Origin: Bacteroidia bacterium
GTDB lineage: Bacteria > Bacteroidota > Bacteroidia > 2-12-FULL-35-15
DNA length: 64,000 nucleotides
Reading direction: 5' to 3'
Assembly (NCBI GenBank): GCA_045805205.1
Contig: JBJMLR010000010.1
Location: 263,388-327,387 of the forward strand
Under the pieces are notes generated by a model. The model worked only from the letters and a program-made list of their open reading frames with translations. It was not told the origin of the DNA and did not search any database. Of the stretch, positions 47,987 to 57,900 are shown piece by piece. Every line of letters begins with the position of its first letter. Within the stretch, counting starts at the first letter, position 1. The position numbers were made by a program, and so were the translations under genes.

Positions 47987-49957
47987 TTATTTCTTATCTA
48001 ACGTTTCAATTTTTTTATTCTGCTCCTGGATAACACTCTGCAGCTCATTAACCTTTTTATTGAGGTCGATGATATACAAAGTAAGTTCTTCGATCTTTTC
48101 CAATTGTTTCTCACTCATTTCACCCAGATTAATTCCGTTATTCTTTTCTACTTCAGCTGCACTCGGGACATTTGGGAGGTGCTTATTTTGTTTTACAAAA
48201 GCATCTAGCTCCTCAATTGTCATGGTCTTATGTCCTTTATCGAAAACATAGTCCGGATGTATGAAAGGGCTTTGCATTGTAACTTTGATATCGCGTGCAA
48301 AAACATGTCCATCAGCAAACACTGAGAAATTTTCTGTGTAAGTAGTTCCGTCCGTTTTACCGGTACTAATAGTTTTGTTCTTATCATCCGCCATTTGACA
48401 TAAAACACCAACCGCAATGTCCGGATTGACTGAATACGTGCTCGTTATTTTTAAGCCTATCGGATTTCTTACTCCTGGACCACCTCCATATTCTCCGTTA
48501 TTGATATCAACCATTGCATTGGGAAGCGCTGTTCCGATACCCAGGAAACCTTCTTTTGTCATTCGCATACCACAGAATGGATATTGCGTGCCCGTCCCAC
48601 CCCATCGCCCGATTACAAAACCGTTGCCTGGTGATGGTGTTTCCGGTGTTCCGTCTGTCCAGAACATCCCGAGATCTCCCGCTTGTGTAAGGTAGTTGTA
48701 ATCACCGGTATTTAATTTCGGTTCAACAATAATTCTTCTCGCCCCGCCAGCATCAATTTTAGAAACCGACATAGTCGGGATTGAAGAATCATTATTCTGA
48801 ACGTCAAACTTGGCAAGCGGACTTGTAGTGGCAACTCCTGCGCGGGTTCCAAGACCCGGTGCGAGAACCGCATAACCAGCAGTTCCGGCGCAGATATTAA
48901 CGTTGCCTCCGTTAGGTCCTCCACTTAAAGTAATCATCCCGCCATTCGTTCCGGTACAAACTTCCACGTCTTTTCCGCAAGAATTATTAATAAGCAATCT
49001 TGGATTGTTCCCGGGAATACTTGCATCAACGTCTATTATGCCATCAGCTCCTTCACATCCCATAAACATTGTATTTCCAATGGAAGGTACACTTAGGGAC
49101 TGAAAAAAACCAGTGTGCGCAAAGGTTGTTAAGGTTGGAGTAATACAGGGCACAATAGGTATCGGTGTTGCAGTACCAACAGCGCCAAGTACGAATGCGG
49201 GCGCGCGTCCCGGAATGCCAGATATATATGACAAGGTTTTATCTCCCGAAAATATCATGGTCCCCATTGTCTTAAGATCACCATTTACGGTAGTGGTTCC
49301 GTTAATGGTGGCGTTTCCATTCACTGACAATTTATTTGCAAGCTTTACATCACCTTGGAAGGTGGCCAATCCATATATTGCTCTCGTGCTATCCATAATT
49401 ATCGAATCTGCTATTACCGTTTGCGCTTTCATTTGCTTTGGAGTCTGAATTTTGTCACTGATAACGAGTTCTCCTTGTAAATATAAATTCTGAGTGATTC
49501 TTACATCTCCGTCCACATCTAATTTGAAATTCGGCGTTGCTGTCCCAATCCCCACTTTCCCACCATTATAGTAAATTTTACCTCCGCTTCCGGTGCTCCA
49601 AAGCCCGGCGGGAACTGAACCAAAAGTCCCGTCACCAAGCAATACCTGGGAGGCATCTCCTGAAAAAACAAGCGGATTTAATTTTCCGTTATTATCAAAC
49701 AAGACAAGACCATTTCCCGTCCCTTCCAGTGATTTCAGAATAAAATTACCGTTCGCTTTCACTTTTACCGCAGTGTTGCCATTGGTTTTGATCACAAAGT
49801 CCTCGTTATTAGTAGTTCCGATGAAATTTGACGATGAAGCTGTGTTTCCGCTTGTTCCCCAGAATAATGCCTGGGAAAAAGATGAATTAATACAAAAAGC
49901 TAACAAAAAGGTAAGACCGATTTGAAGGGCGGAGGAGTGTTTGGTTTGTGGTTTCAT
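47987..49957 (-). CDS. Exported fibre-like protein with a C-terminal chaperone (peptidase S74-related) coiled-coil domain
   Basis: Signal peptide; WGTSGN..FIGTTNNEDFVIKTN; GKVGIGTATP-type repeats; PDYVF..NKHLPNVPSAAEV..LEKIEELTLYII plus coiled coil. Confidence 0.75.
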   Translation of the reverse strand: MKPQTKHSSALQIGLTFLLAFCINSSFSQALFWGTSGNTASSSNFIGTTNNEDFVIKTNGNTAVKVKANGNFILKSLEGTGNGLVLFDNNGKLNPLVFSGDASQVLLGDGTFGSVPAGLWSTGSGGKIYYNGGKVGIGTATPNFKLDVDGDVRITQNLYLQGELVISDKIQTPKQMKAQTVIADSIIMDSTRAIYGLATFQGDVKLANKLSVNGNATINGTTTVNGDLKTMGTMIFSGDKTLSYISGIPGRAPAFVLGAVGTATPIPIVPCITPTLTTFAHTGFFQSLSVPSIGNTMFMGCEGADGIIDVDASIPGNNPRLLINNSCGKDVEVCTGTNGGMITLSGGPNGGNVNICAGTAGYAVLAPGLGTRAGVATTSPLAKFDVQNNDSSIPTMSVSKIDAGGARRIIVEPKLNTGDYNYLTQAGDLGMFWTDGTPETPSPGNGFVIGRWGGTGTQYPFCGMRMTKEGFLGIGTALPNAMVDINNGEYGGGPGVRNPIGLKITSTYSVNPDIAVGVLCQMADDKNKTISTGKTDGTTYTENFSVFADGHVFARDIKVTMQSPFIHPDYVFDKGHKTMTIEELDAFVKQNKHLPNVPSAAEVEKNNGINLGEMSEKQLEKIEELTLYIIDLNKKVNELQSVIQEQNKKIETLDKK

Positions 49958-49982
49958 GTTTTACTTGGTTAGCGTTATGAAG

Positions 49983-50009
49983 TAGACGTAGTGATTGCAA
50001 AAAGGTGGC
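49983..50009 (-). promoter_or_regulatory. ECF sigma-type promoter
   Basis: Minus strand GCCACC-N15-CGTCTA upstream of the 49957 start. Confidence 0.5.
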
Positions 50010-50087
50010 GTAAAAGCTTATATGTTGTTTTTTTTAATAAAAAGGTAGACTACTCAACTAGAAGCTGAATTTTTTTCTCTTGGTTTC

Positions 50088-50903
50088 CTAAAACTTTCGT
50101 GTTAAACCTAAATAGACAGGTGTGATTCGATAGTATTTATAAAACTCAGCTGTATTATGCTGCTGCAATGGGGATTTAAACTCAACGCTTGAGCCTAAAA
50201 TGAATGACGATTTTTGTGACTTACTATACCATTCCAAATTCAATTTCAAAAATGGAATTAATCTATTGAAGCTAAATCTCCCTGATCTCGGGTTTATCTC
50301 ATGGCTGTGCCCGTCAACTTTTTGATAGTAGCTCGAACCCGAACTTGGATTAGCCAGATAGCCAACATACACACTACCGTTTGATTGTTGTTCGTAATAC
50401 ACAAAATCAAAGTTTAGCCCTCCCTCAAAGGATGTATAACATCGCTTCTCAAGAGAGTTAGGTATTTTGATGCCGAAAGAGATCGGGAAACCCAGATATC
50501 GATTTTTTAGCAAGCCAATACTGTTTATTATTAAAGTATCGCCGCGATAATCATAATTATAATTGCCTGTTGGAATTTCTTCATGTGTATGCCGAAAACC
50601 AAGCTCGACTGAAAAATGGTCAGATAGGGTGTATCTGACTGTAAGGTCTGATTTATCAAAATAAGTATAACTTAAGTAATCGTGCTTTTTATCTTCAGCA
50701 CATTTTGTACATCCGGCATTAGCAGGATTCAGATTGCGGTAGTCAGGAAATGAATATCTCATGACTGAAAAGAGTGACTGGCTATATTCAATTGAAAATA
50801 CTGATTTAGACCTCGGGATCGTATCCGGAAATTCTTTCGAGTACAATTCCAGTTTGAGAAAAATGAAAGTAAACGTAATTAAACTAACTTCTTTTATTAC
50901 CAT
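50088..50903 (-). CDS. Hypothetical protein, probable outer membrane beta-barrel
   Basis: Hydrophobic N-terminus, amphipathic beta strands (YLGFPISFGIK), terminal F. Confidence 0.6.
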   Translation of the reverse strand: MVIKEVSLITFTFIFLKLELYSKEFPDTIPRSKSVFSIEYSQSLFSVMRYSFPDYRNLNPANAGCTKCAEDKKHDYLSYTYFDKSDLTVRYTLSDHFSVELGFRHTHEEIPTGNYNYDYRGDTLIINSIGLLKNRYLGFPISFGIKIPNSLEKRCYTSFEGGLNFDFVYYEQQSNGSVYVGYLANPSSGSSYYQKVDGHSHEINPRSGRFSFNRLIPFLKLNLEWYSKSQKSSFILGSSVEFKSPLQQHNTAEFYKYYRITPVYLGLTRKF

Positions 50904-51050
50904 GTAAGCTAATTTAGAATAATTCAGTCAGGAACCAAATATTTTCCCGGAAAAAGATGGCCGCGAGCGCAGTTTCACGTCTTTTTTAATAAACAATAAT
51001 TTCGTAATTTTAGTTGTTAGAATACAATATACTTAACACTCACAAAAAGC

Positions 51051-51512
51051 ATGAACTTAGAAGAAGCAGGAAAACTGATAGAGAACAGCATCACAGGACT
51101 GAAACTGGATGTTGCAGCGAGCCGGGGTGCAAAGCCTGGTCAATGGTCCATCAAAGTGAAGGACGCCACCGTATGGATCGACGTATTTGATTTTTCAACC
51201 ACACCCGGGAAATTTTATCTCCAGGTAATGAGCCCGTTGTGTGCGGTTCCCGATAAAAAGAAAGATGAATTCGGATGGGATCTCCTGGAGATCAATTATA
51301 AAATGTACGGATCCTGGATGTGTAAAAAAGATAACTGGGTATATGTCCTCAGCTTAAGAGAAGCGGCCGGACTTGATCAGAGTGAGATAGATGCTACACT
51401 TGATCGTGTCGCATTTTACAGCTCGGATTATTATTCCAAGCTCAGCTTTAAATACGAAGGCTGCTGGCTTCCAAAACCTCCGGGAGGAAATGTCCCGGGA
51501 ACACCGCAATAA
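51051..51512 (+). CDS. YbjN/CesT-like chaperone-fold protein
   Basis: GQWSIK..ATVWIDVF..LQVMSPL..LLEINY..REAAGLD. Confidence 0.65.
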   Translation: MNLEEAGKLIENSITGLKLDVAASRGAKPGQWSIKVKDATVWIDVFDFSTTPGKFYLQVMSPLCAVPDKKKDEFGWDLLEINYKMYGSWMCKKDNWVYVLSLREAAGLDQSEIDATLDRVAFYSSDYYSKLSFKYEGCWLPKPPGGNVPGTPQ

Positions 51513-51515
51513 AAT

Positions 51516-51725
51516 ATGAAACTGTTTCTCCCAAAAGTATCTGTCATTTCATTGGCGCTGCTGCTTACCGCAGGTGTGATCATCGTTGCCGACAGCGGCT
51601 GTGCACCCAAAGCGGCTTGCGGAAACAAACGCGATCACCGGAGACGAAAAAGGAGAGTGCATAAATTCGCGCCGACCATGGCAATGATCCGCCTGACGAA
51701 AGCAGAACAATCGGATTTCATTTAA
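51516..51725 (+). CDS. Small basic exported protein, possible lipoprotein
   Basis: Hydrophobic N-terminus, SGC, Arg-rich stretch; 3 bp after the upstream gene and followed by a terminator. Confidence 0.5.
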   Translation: MKLFLPKVSVISLALLLTAGVIIVADSGCAPKAACGNKRDHRRRKRRVHKFAPTMAMIRLTKAEQSDFI

Positions 51726-51732
51726 CCGCAAT

Positions 51733-51767
51733 AAAAAATCCCGGAAGAATTTCTCCCGGGATTTTTT
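51733..51767. terminator. Bidirectional Rho-independent terminator
   Basis: AAAAAATCCCGG..CCGGGATTTTTT. Confidence 0.8.
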
Positions 51768-51770
51768 GTA

Positions 51771-51886
51771 TTTATCCTTTATCCCTTTTCACCTTTCACT
51801 TTCCCACCTTTTCCTTTCCCCTTTTCCTTTTCACCCAGTTCCCTTTTCACCTAATCACCTAGTCACCTAGTCACCCAATCACCTAC
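51771..51886. repeat. Pyrimidine-rich 7/8-mer tandem repeats
   Basis: TTTTCAC/TTTTCCT-like units, then TCACCTAA TCACCTAG TCACCTAG TCACCCAA TCACCTAC. Confidence 0.7.
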
Positions 51887-53940
51887 TTCGTCGTTCTGAT
51901 ATCTCCTTCTTTGATCGGACGGAAAGCTGTACGGCGATTCTTCTGATGCTCTTCCTCTGTTTTCGCATGCTGGATCAGCAGCTTTGTTTCACCATATCCC
52001 TGCGGTAATAAACGGTCCGCAGCAATTCCTTTCCCGATCAGGTAATCCACACAGGATTTCGCTCTTTCCTGCGAAAGCTTCATGTTATAGGAATCACTTC
52101 CGCGCTCATCGGTGTGAGAATTGATCTCAACCGTTAAGTTGTTGTTCAGCGTCAGGAAGTCTGCAAGATCGTCGAGGATCTTTTTCGAAGCAGGACGTAA
52201 AGTCGCTTTATCCAAATCGTACTCGATTCCCGGGATCACGATATCACCTTGTGGGATCAATGAAAGGAAGAAATCTTTTTCAAGGTGAGCGGATTCGGTC
52301 AAGCCTAATGTTGTAATGTTCCCGGCATCCCCGAAGAATTTGTTTTTCTGAGCTTTGATATAGAGTTCCATTCCTTCATCAAGCGGAGTGAAATAACTAC
52401 CCACAGAATCTGTGATGAGGAAGAAAGGTTCTTTGTCGCCGCGAATATCTTTGAACGTAATGAGCGCGTTCGGGATCACCTGGTTATTCTCTGAATTATA
52501 AACCGTACCATGTAAGTCGAATACCAGCGGATCTTTTTCAATTGCGTATAATTTATAGCAGGAACCGCCTGTGCAATCTTTACACTCGTCCCGGTCCGAT
52601 GTCAGGAAACCCGCACGCTGGCTGCGCTCAAGAACAAAATAAGCATCATCTTTACTGGAGTTGAACGGTGCGCCAAGGTTTTTCGGTGCCGACCACAAGG
52701 AATCACTGTTGTAAGAAGATTTGAAAATATCCAATCCTCCGAAACCGGGATGTCCGTTCGAGCTGAAATATAAGGTAGAAGTATAATAGTGGAAAAATGG
52801 TGTTACTTCATCTTCCGGTGTGTTGAACAGCGGTCCCATGTTGATCGGTGGTCCGGTCGGACGACTGTCATCATCGAGGTTCACATACCAGAGGTCCATT
52901 TTTCCGAAACCACCCGGACGGTTTGACGAAAAATAAAGTACGCTTCCATCCGGCGACAAGGTCGGCTGCATGGTTTTGTAACCGGCAAGGTTGATGTTGT
53001 CATTCAGCTTCTCAGCAGAAAGCCATTTATCGTTCATCATTTTCGATAAATAGATCGAGCACTCATTTTTGTTTGTCGTGGACCAGCGTGTGAAGAAATA
53101 GTTGCTGCGGTCCAGCGTCAGGAACCCGGCGCCTTCATGCGTATCCGTATCCACCGGTCCTTCTACCTTCTGCAGATCATTCCAGCCGGTATTCGTTTTC
53201 TTGAGCGTATAGATGTCACAAATGAATTTGGAATCCTGCTTCTTCGGATCGGTTACCGTGCCGCCTTCTCTTGCGGATGTAAACTGGATCGTGTTCGGGT
53301 CGCCATAATAATTGACAGCGAAACTTGCGGTCCCGGCATTGAAGATCGAATCCAGCTTATAGATTTTAACTCCTGATTTGTTATTTGAAGTATCTGTTGC
53401 CAGGTAGCACCCTGCGATCCTTAATTTCGCCTGCTTGAACATGATGGAATCTTTTCCTTCCGCATCGGTCATCACCTGCTCGAACTGGTAAGCAGCACCG
53501 GGATAACGCTGATTCTTCATCAATGCATCACCGTACCAGAATTTTTCAAAAGGATAATCCGCCGGCTTATTATCTGCCGAGCGCTTGAACCAGATCTCCG
53601 CATTCGGGTAATCGTGATTCAGCCGGTAACAATCTGCGATCTGGTGAACGATGTATTGCTCCATCGGATCAGCAGTAATGTTTTTTGAGGAGTCTTTTGC
53701 AGCAAGGCTATCCTTGGCAGCTTTCTTTTGTTTTACATACGGCTTGGTTTCATAAGGACGCGTATAATCGATCGCAGTTCCTTTGTCGATCACCTTCAGA
53801 TAAAAAGTGAGCGCCGTTTTGTAATCTTCGTTCTTGTAAGCGGCATCGCCATATTCCATCCATTCCCTTTTACTTTGAGCAAAAGCGGAGATAGTTACAA
53901 ACAGGAATAATAAAGTGAAAATATTTTTCGTGTTCTTCAT
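51883..53940 (-). CDS. PorE-like protein (TPR, PD40 propeller, CarboxypepD_reg, OmpA peptidoglycan-binding domain)
   Basis: LYFSSNRPGGFGKMDLW; LYFSSNGHPGFGGLDIF; HTDERGSDSYNMKLSQERA; NRRT. Confidence 0.9.
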   Translation of the reverse strand: MKNTKNIFTLLFLFVTISAFAQSKREWMEYGDAAYKNEDYKTALTFYLKVIDKGTAIDYTRPYETKPYVKQKKAAKDSLAAKDSSKNITADPMEQYIVHQIADCYRLNHDYPNAEIWFKRSADNKPADYPFEKFWYGDALMKNQRYPGAAYQFEQVMTDAEGKDSIMFKQAKLRIAGCYLATDTSNNKSGVKIYKLDSIFNAGTASFAVNYYGDPNTIQFTSAREGGTVTDPKKQDSKFICDIYTLKKTNTGWNDLQKVEGPVDTDTHEGAGFLTLDRSNYFFTRWSTTNKNECSIYLSKMMNDKWLSAEKLNDNINLAGYKTMQPTLSPDGSVLYFSSNRPGGFGKMDLWYVNLDDDSRPTGPPINMGPLFNTPEDEVTPFFHYYTSTLYFSSNGHPGFGGLDIFKSSYNSDSLWSAPKNLGAPFNSSKDDAYFVLERSQRAGFLTSDRDECKDCTGGSCYKLYAIEKDPLVFDLHGTVYNSENNQVIPNALITFKDIRGDKEPFFLITDSVGSYFTPLDEGMELYIKAQKNKFFGDAGNITTLGLTESAHLEKDFFLSLIPQGDIVIPGIEYDLDKATLRPASKKILDDLADFLTLNNNLTVEINSHTDERGSDSYNMKLSQERAKSCVDYLIGKGIAADRLLPQGYGETKLLIQHAKTEEEHQKNRRTAFRPIKEGDIRTTK

Positions 53941-53942
53941 AA

Positions 53943-54983
53943 CTATAATCTAGGACAGTTTGCTATTGGGTTTGGTTTACTTCTGTGCGCGATATACGTC
54001 AGGGAAATTTCAAAGCCTCCGCGGTGATCCGAAACTGTCTCCAATGAAGACGTATTGATATCATAGCTCACACGTGCCGTATAGTTTCCTTTCTTGATGC
54101 CGGCTTCTATGATCGCCGCATCTTTGCTCCGGTACGTCGGTCCGAAGATCAGGTAAGTATCTGAGCTTTTCAGGAAATAATGAAGCAATAAGGTTGCTGT
54201 GAATTCCTGGTCGTTCACCTGGTGCATATAGATGAACTTAGGGAGCAGCTGGATCTTTTCATTAACGTTCACCTTCACACCTCCGTGCACATAATAACGC
54301 AGCGGTAATTTGTTATCGGTGTTGAAGAATGTTTCGGTCGGCTGTGTCAGGTGGAAGGCAGAGAATCCGATAAATGGATTCAGCCTTACATTATCTTTCG
54401 CATAATAATATAAAGCGCCGGCATTGATGTCATGAATGACAAAGCTCGTATTTGAAAATGTTTCGCCTGTCGGAAGCCCGGTATCAAATCCTCCTCCGTC
54501 GGCGGTAGTATATTGATTGCCAAAGGTGAGCTTATTCACATTCACGCTTTTCTGAACGATCCCGCCTTGCACACCAAGCGCAAGGTGATGATTCTGCTTT
54601 TTATCAAAAACGATATCGTAGCCAACGGACAACAATGCGCTGAATGCATTGTAGCTTCCGACACCTGCACGGTAATTGAAAACCTGCAAGCCGATCCCGA
54701 ATTTCTTCACCGGCATATCAAATGAAATTCCGGTGGTGGTGAAAGGCTTGGTTGCGACAGCCATCCACTGCGTACGATAGTGTGCATGGATCCTGAATTT
54801 CCCATCGAACATTCCGGTCATTGCCGGATTGAGGAACATGGGTGGAGCATCGTATTGCGACAGGTGAAAATCCTGCGCCGTCATTACTTTTGCCGACAGG
54901 AAAATGGTCAGCAGAAGCAGTGATCGGAACGATGAGCGTATAACTGAAGTAGGAGCGTGTTTCATATCAAATATTTTCTTCAC
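53943..54983 (-). CDS. PorP/SprF family T9SS outer membrane protein
   Basis: QDFHLSQY..FLNPAMTG..YRTQW..SYDINTSSL..GGFEISLTY; start codon uncertain. Confidence 0.9.
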   Translation of the reverse strand: MKKIFDMKHAPTSVIRSSFRSLLLLTIFLSAKVMTAQDFHLSQYDAPPMFLNPAMTGMFDGKFRIHAHYRTQWMAVATKPFTTTGISFDMPVKKFGIGLQVFNYRAGVGSYNAFSALLSVGYDIVFDKKQNHHLALGVQGGIVQKSVNVNKLTFGNQYTTADGGGFDTGLPTGETFSNTSFVIHDINAGALYYYAKDNVRLNPFIGFSAFHLTQPTETFFNTDNKLPLRYYVHGGVKVNVNEKIQLLPKFIYMHQVNDQEFTATLLLHYFLKSSDTYLIFGPTYRSKDAAIIEAGIKKGNYTARVSYDINTSSLETVSDHRGGFEISLTYIAHRSKPNPIANCPRL

Positions 54984-54997
54984 AGTTCTTTTCTGGT

Positions 54998-57900
54998 TTA
55001 ACGTAACAAAGTAACATCGCCGGATAATTTCGTCTCTTTATCATCTTGTGTCACACCAACAACCGTGTATACATATACACCGATCGCCTGTTCGACACCT
55101 TTGCGCTTACCGTCCCATCCTGCGCAGGTATGGCCTCCGCAGTCCGTTGCATCGTCGGTTTCGAAGATCAGCTCGCCCCAGTTGTTATAGATCCGGAACT
55201 CAAGCTTTTTGAAAGGACCTCCGTAAACGTAGAACATGTCGTTCTCTCCGTCACCGTTTGGTGAGAAACCGCTCGGCACGGTCGGAGGCATAGAGATGAT
55301 CTCCGTTCTGCAGATCGTGTCCGTACATCCGTTCACATCGGTAATGTAAAGACAAACATCATAGAAGCCTCCTGCGCCATAAACGTGCGAAGGATTTTGT
55401 ACGGTCGATGTTGAGTCAGCGGAGCTATCGCCAAAATCCCAGAACCAGGAAACAGGTGCGTTCGTTGACTGATCTGTAAAATTGATCTGCTGGTTCACGT
55501 TGCCGATCGGCTTGTCGACAGCGAATGCGGCGGTTGGACCGGGCAATACGCTTACAGCCTGTGTGATCGTATCGATACAGCCTTGTGATGATGTAACGAT
55601 CAGCATCGAATTATATGTTCCGGCTGCAGGGAAGTTGTGAACCGGGTTCTGGATAGATGAATTCGAGCTTCCGTCGCCGAAGGTCCAGCTCCAGGTTGAA
55701 ATGGTAGCGCCTCCGCCTACGGTAGACATATCCGTGTAGATCGTTCCGTCGTCCAGGCAGATCCCGTTCGCATTGAAGTTTGCAACCGGCTTGTCGAATA
55801 CGTTGACGGTCTGGTTGAGCGTATCCACACAGCCATTGCTGGATGTAACGATCAGCTGGACATTATACGGTCCGCCGGTTCCATAAACGTGATCCGGATC
55901 CTGCAGTGAGCTGGTTCCGCTGTCGCCGAAGTTCCAATTCCAGGAAACAACTGTTCCTACTGAGGTTGTAGAGGCATCGGTGAATGCAACGGTGTCCTGC
56001 GGGCAAGCGCTCACAGCGGAGAAAACAGCAACAGGGGATGGAATAAGTGTGATGTTGATCGTATCCGCATTGGAGCGGCATCCGCCGTTGTTGGTAGAGG
56101 TAAATATCAGCATTACGTTTCCGGCAGCATCATCTCCCGGACTCGGCAGATAGGATCCGCTGAGCGTAGTGTCAGAAGGAGAGAATGTTCCGCTTCCGGA
56201 GGTTGTCCAGATCCCGTCGCCGGTAGTGCTCATCGAGTTGATCGCAACAGGATTGCTGGCACAGGCGCTGTTGCCCGAAGTGATCACTGCCACCGGTGTA
56301 GAAGTAAACGTAACAACCGTGGTGTCGTTCGATGCGAGACAGCTTCCGTTACCGGTGGTGCTCAGGTAAAGCATTACGGTTCCCGCTGAAGTATCCGCAG
56401 AGCTCGGAATATAGTTCGTGCAAAGCGATGTAGGGCTCACAAAAGTTCCTGTTCCGGTCGTGTACCATTGTCCGCCCGATGCAACCGTCACCGAAGCACA
56501 GACAGGAACGCTTGCAGTGTCCTTGCAGACAAAAATATCCGAGCCCGCATTCGCCGTTGGTCCGGAATAGAAGGAGATGACTACCTGGTCGGTATCAGCA
56601 GGGCACAATGCATTGCTGGTCGTATAAAGTATCAGTGTATCAGCCCCGGCAGCAACAGCTCCGGCGGAAGGTGTGTACGTGGCATTAAGTGTAGTGCTTC
56701 CCGGTGAGAAGAGTGATCCGGCACTTCCGATCCATTGTCCTCCACCCGCATTCAGTACTGTTCCTCCGAGTGTGATCGTCGGATTGTTGGTACAGCTGAT
56801 CGTATCGTTGCCGGCATTTGCGATCGGCAATCCCTGTATGTTGACCGTGTAGACCGTAGTATCTTTACAACCGCCGGCTGAAGTGATGATCAGCTGAACG
56901 TTGAATGCACCTCCCGCTCCATAGGTATGCGAAGGGTTTTGAAGCGTTGAGGTAAATCCATCGCCGAAATTCCAGTTCCAGCCGGTGATCATATCGCTGG
57001 ATGCAACCGTAGAAGTATCAGTGAAGTTTACCGGGATGCCTTTACATTGAGGAGCATCGTTCAGAAAATCCGCGGTCAGCGTTGAAATATTCAGGGTCTG
57101 GATCGCTGTATCGGCACAGGGAGTTCCGCTGTTGATGATGAGCGTTACCACGTAAGTTCCCAGAGCAGGGTAAGTATGCGATGGGCTGGTTACCGTTGTT
57201 GTCGGTGATCCGTCACCAAAGTTCCACAGATAGGTATTGGCTGCAGGTGTGGTTGTGTTTGAGAAGTTGATCGTTGTACCGCTGCAGGCGCCGCCATAAC
57301 CGAAGCTCGCAACAGCAAGCGGCGGACAGTTTACCACGTTGAACTGGAAGTCGCGCAGGATCTCGCCGATCTTTGTACCGTTACGGAATTCTTCGCATCG
57401 GACGCCGGCAACAAACTGCCCGATCGTAGGCGGGATACCATGAAGGATCCCCGCGGAGGTGATGGTGAGTGATCCGGGAATAGCAGGATCGAGCGGGTTG
57501 TTTGCTCCGTAGGTGCTGGACCATGTTACCGTGGGAGCGGTGAATACGCATCCCGGCCAGCTTACCGCCGGAACATCCGTATATGGCGTGTACAATGAAT
57601 AAACAAGCGAGTCACCGTCCGAATCGGTTGCGCTGTGATCAACGGTCATGTTGAGGCCCTGGCAAACGAACACAGGCGGTGGCTTAACCCATTTCGGACT
57701 GCTGTTTGCGATCACCACCCCGTTATCCGGAATGTGTGCATACCAGCAATCTCCGGCTGATGCGGGTGCTGTGATATTAAGAATCGAGCTGTTTCTGCAG
57801 CAATACTGGAAATACAGGTCATAACCACCCGGTGTCGGCGGAAGCCCGCTTACCACCTTCGTGTACGTAGCTTCTTCCAGGCAGATCCCCGGGTTTACGG

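Noticed and set aside
45933-50903. Prophage remnant suggested by the fibre-like protein and AT-richer composition
   Set aside because: No integrase, capsid, terminase or other phage genes; the fibre protein has a Sec signal peptide.
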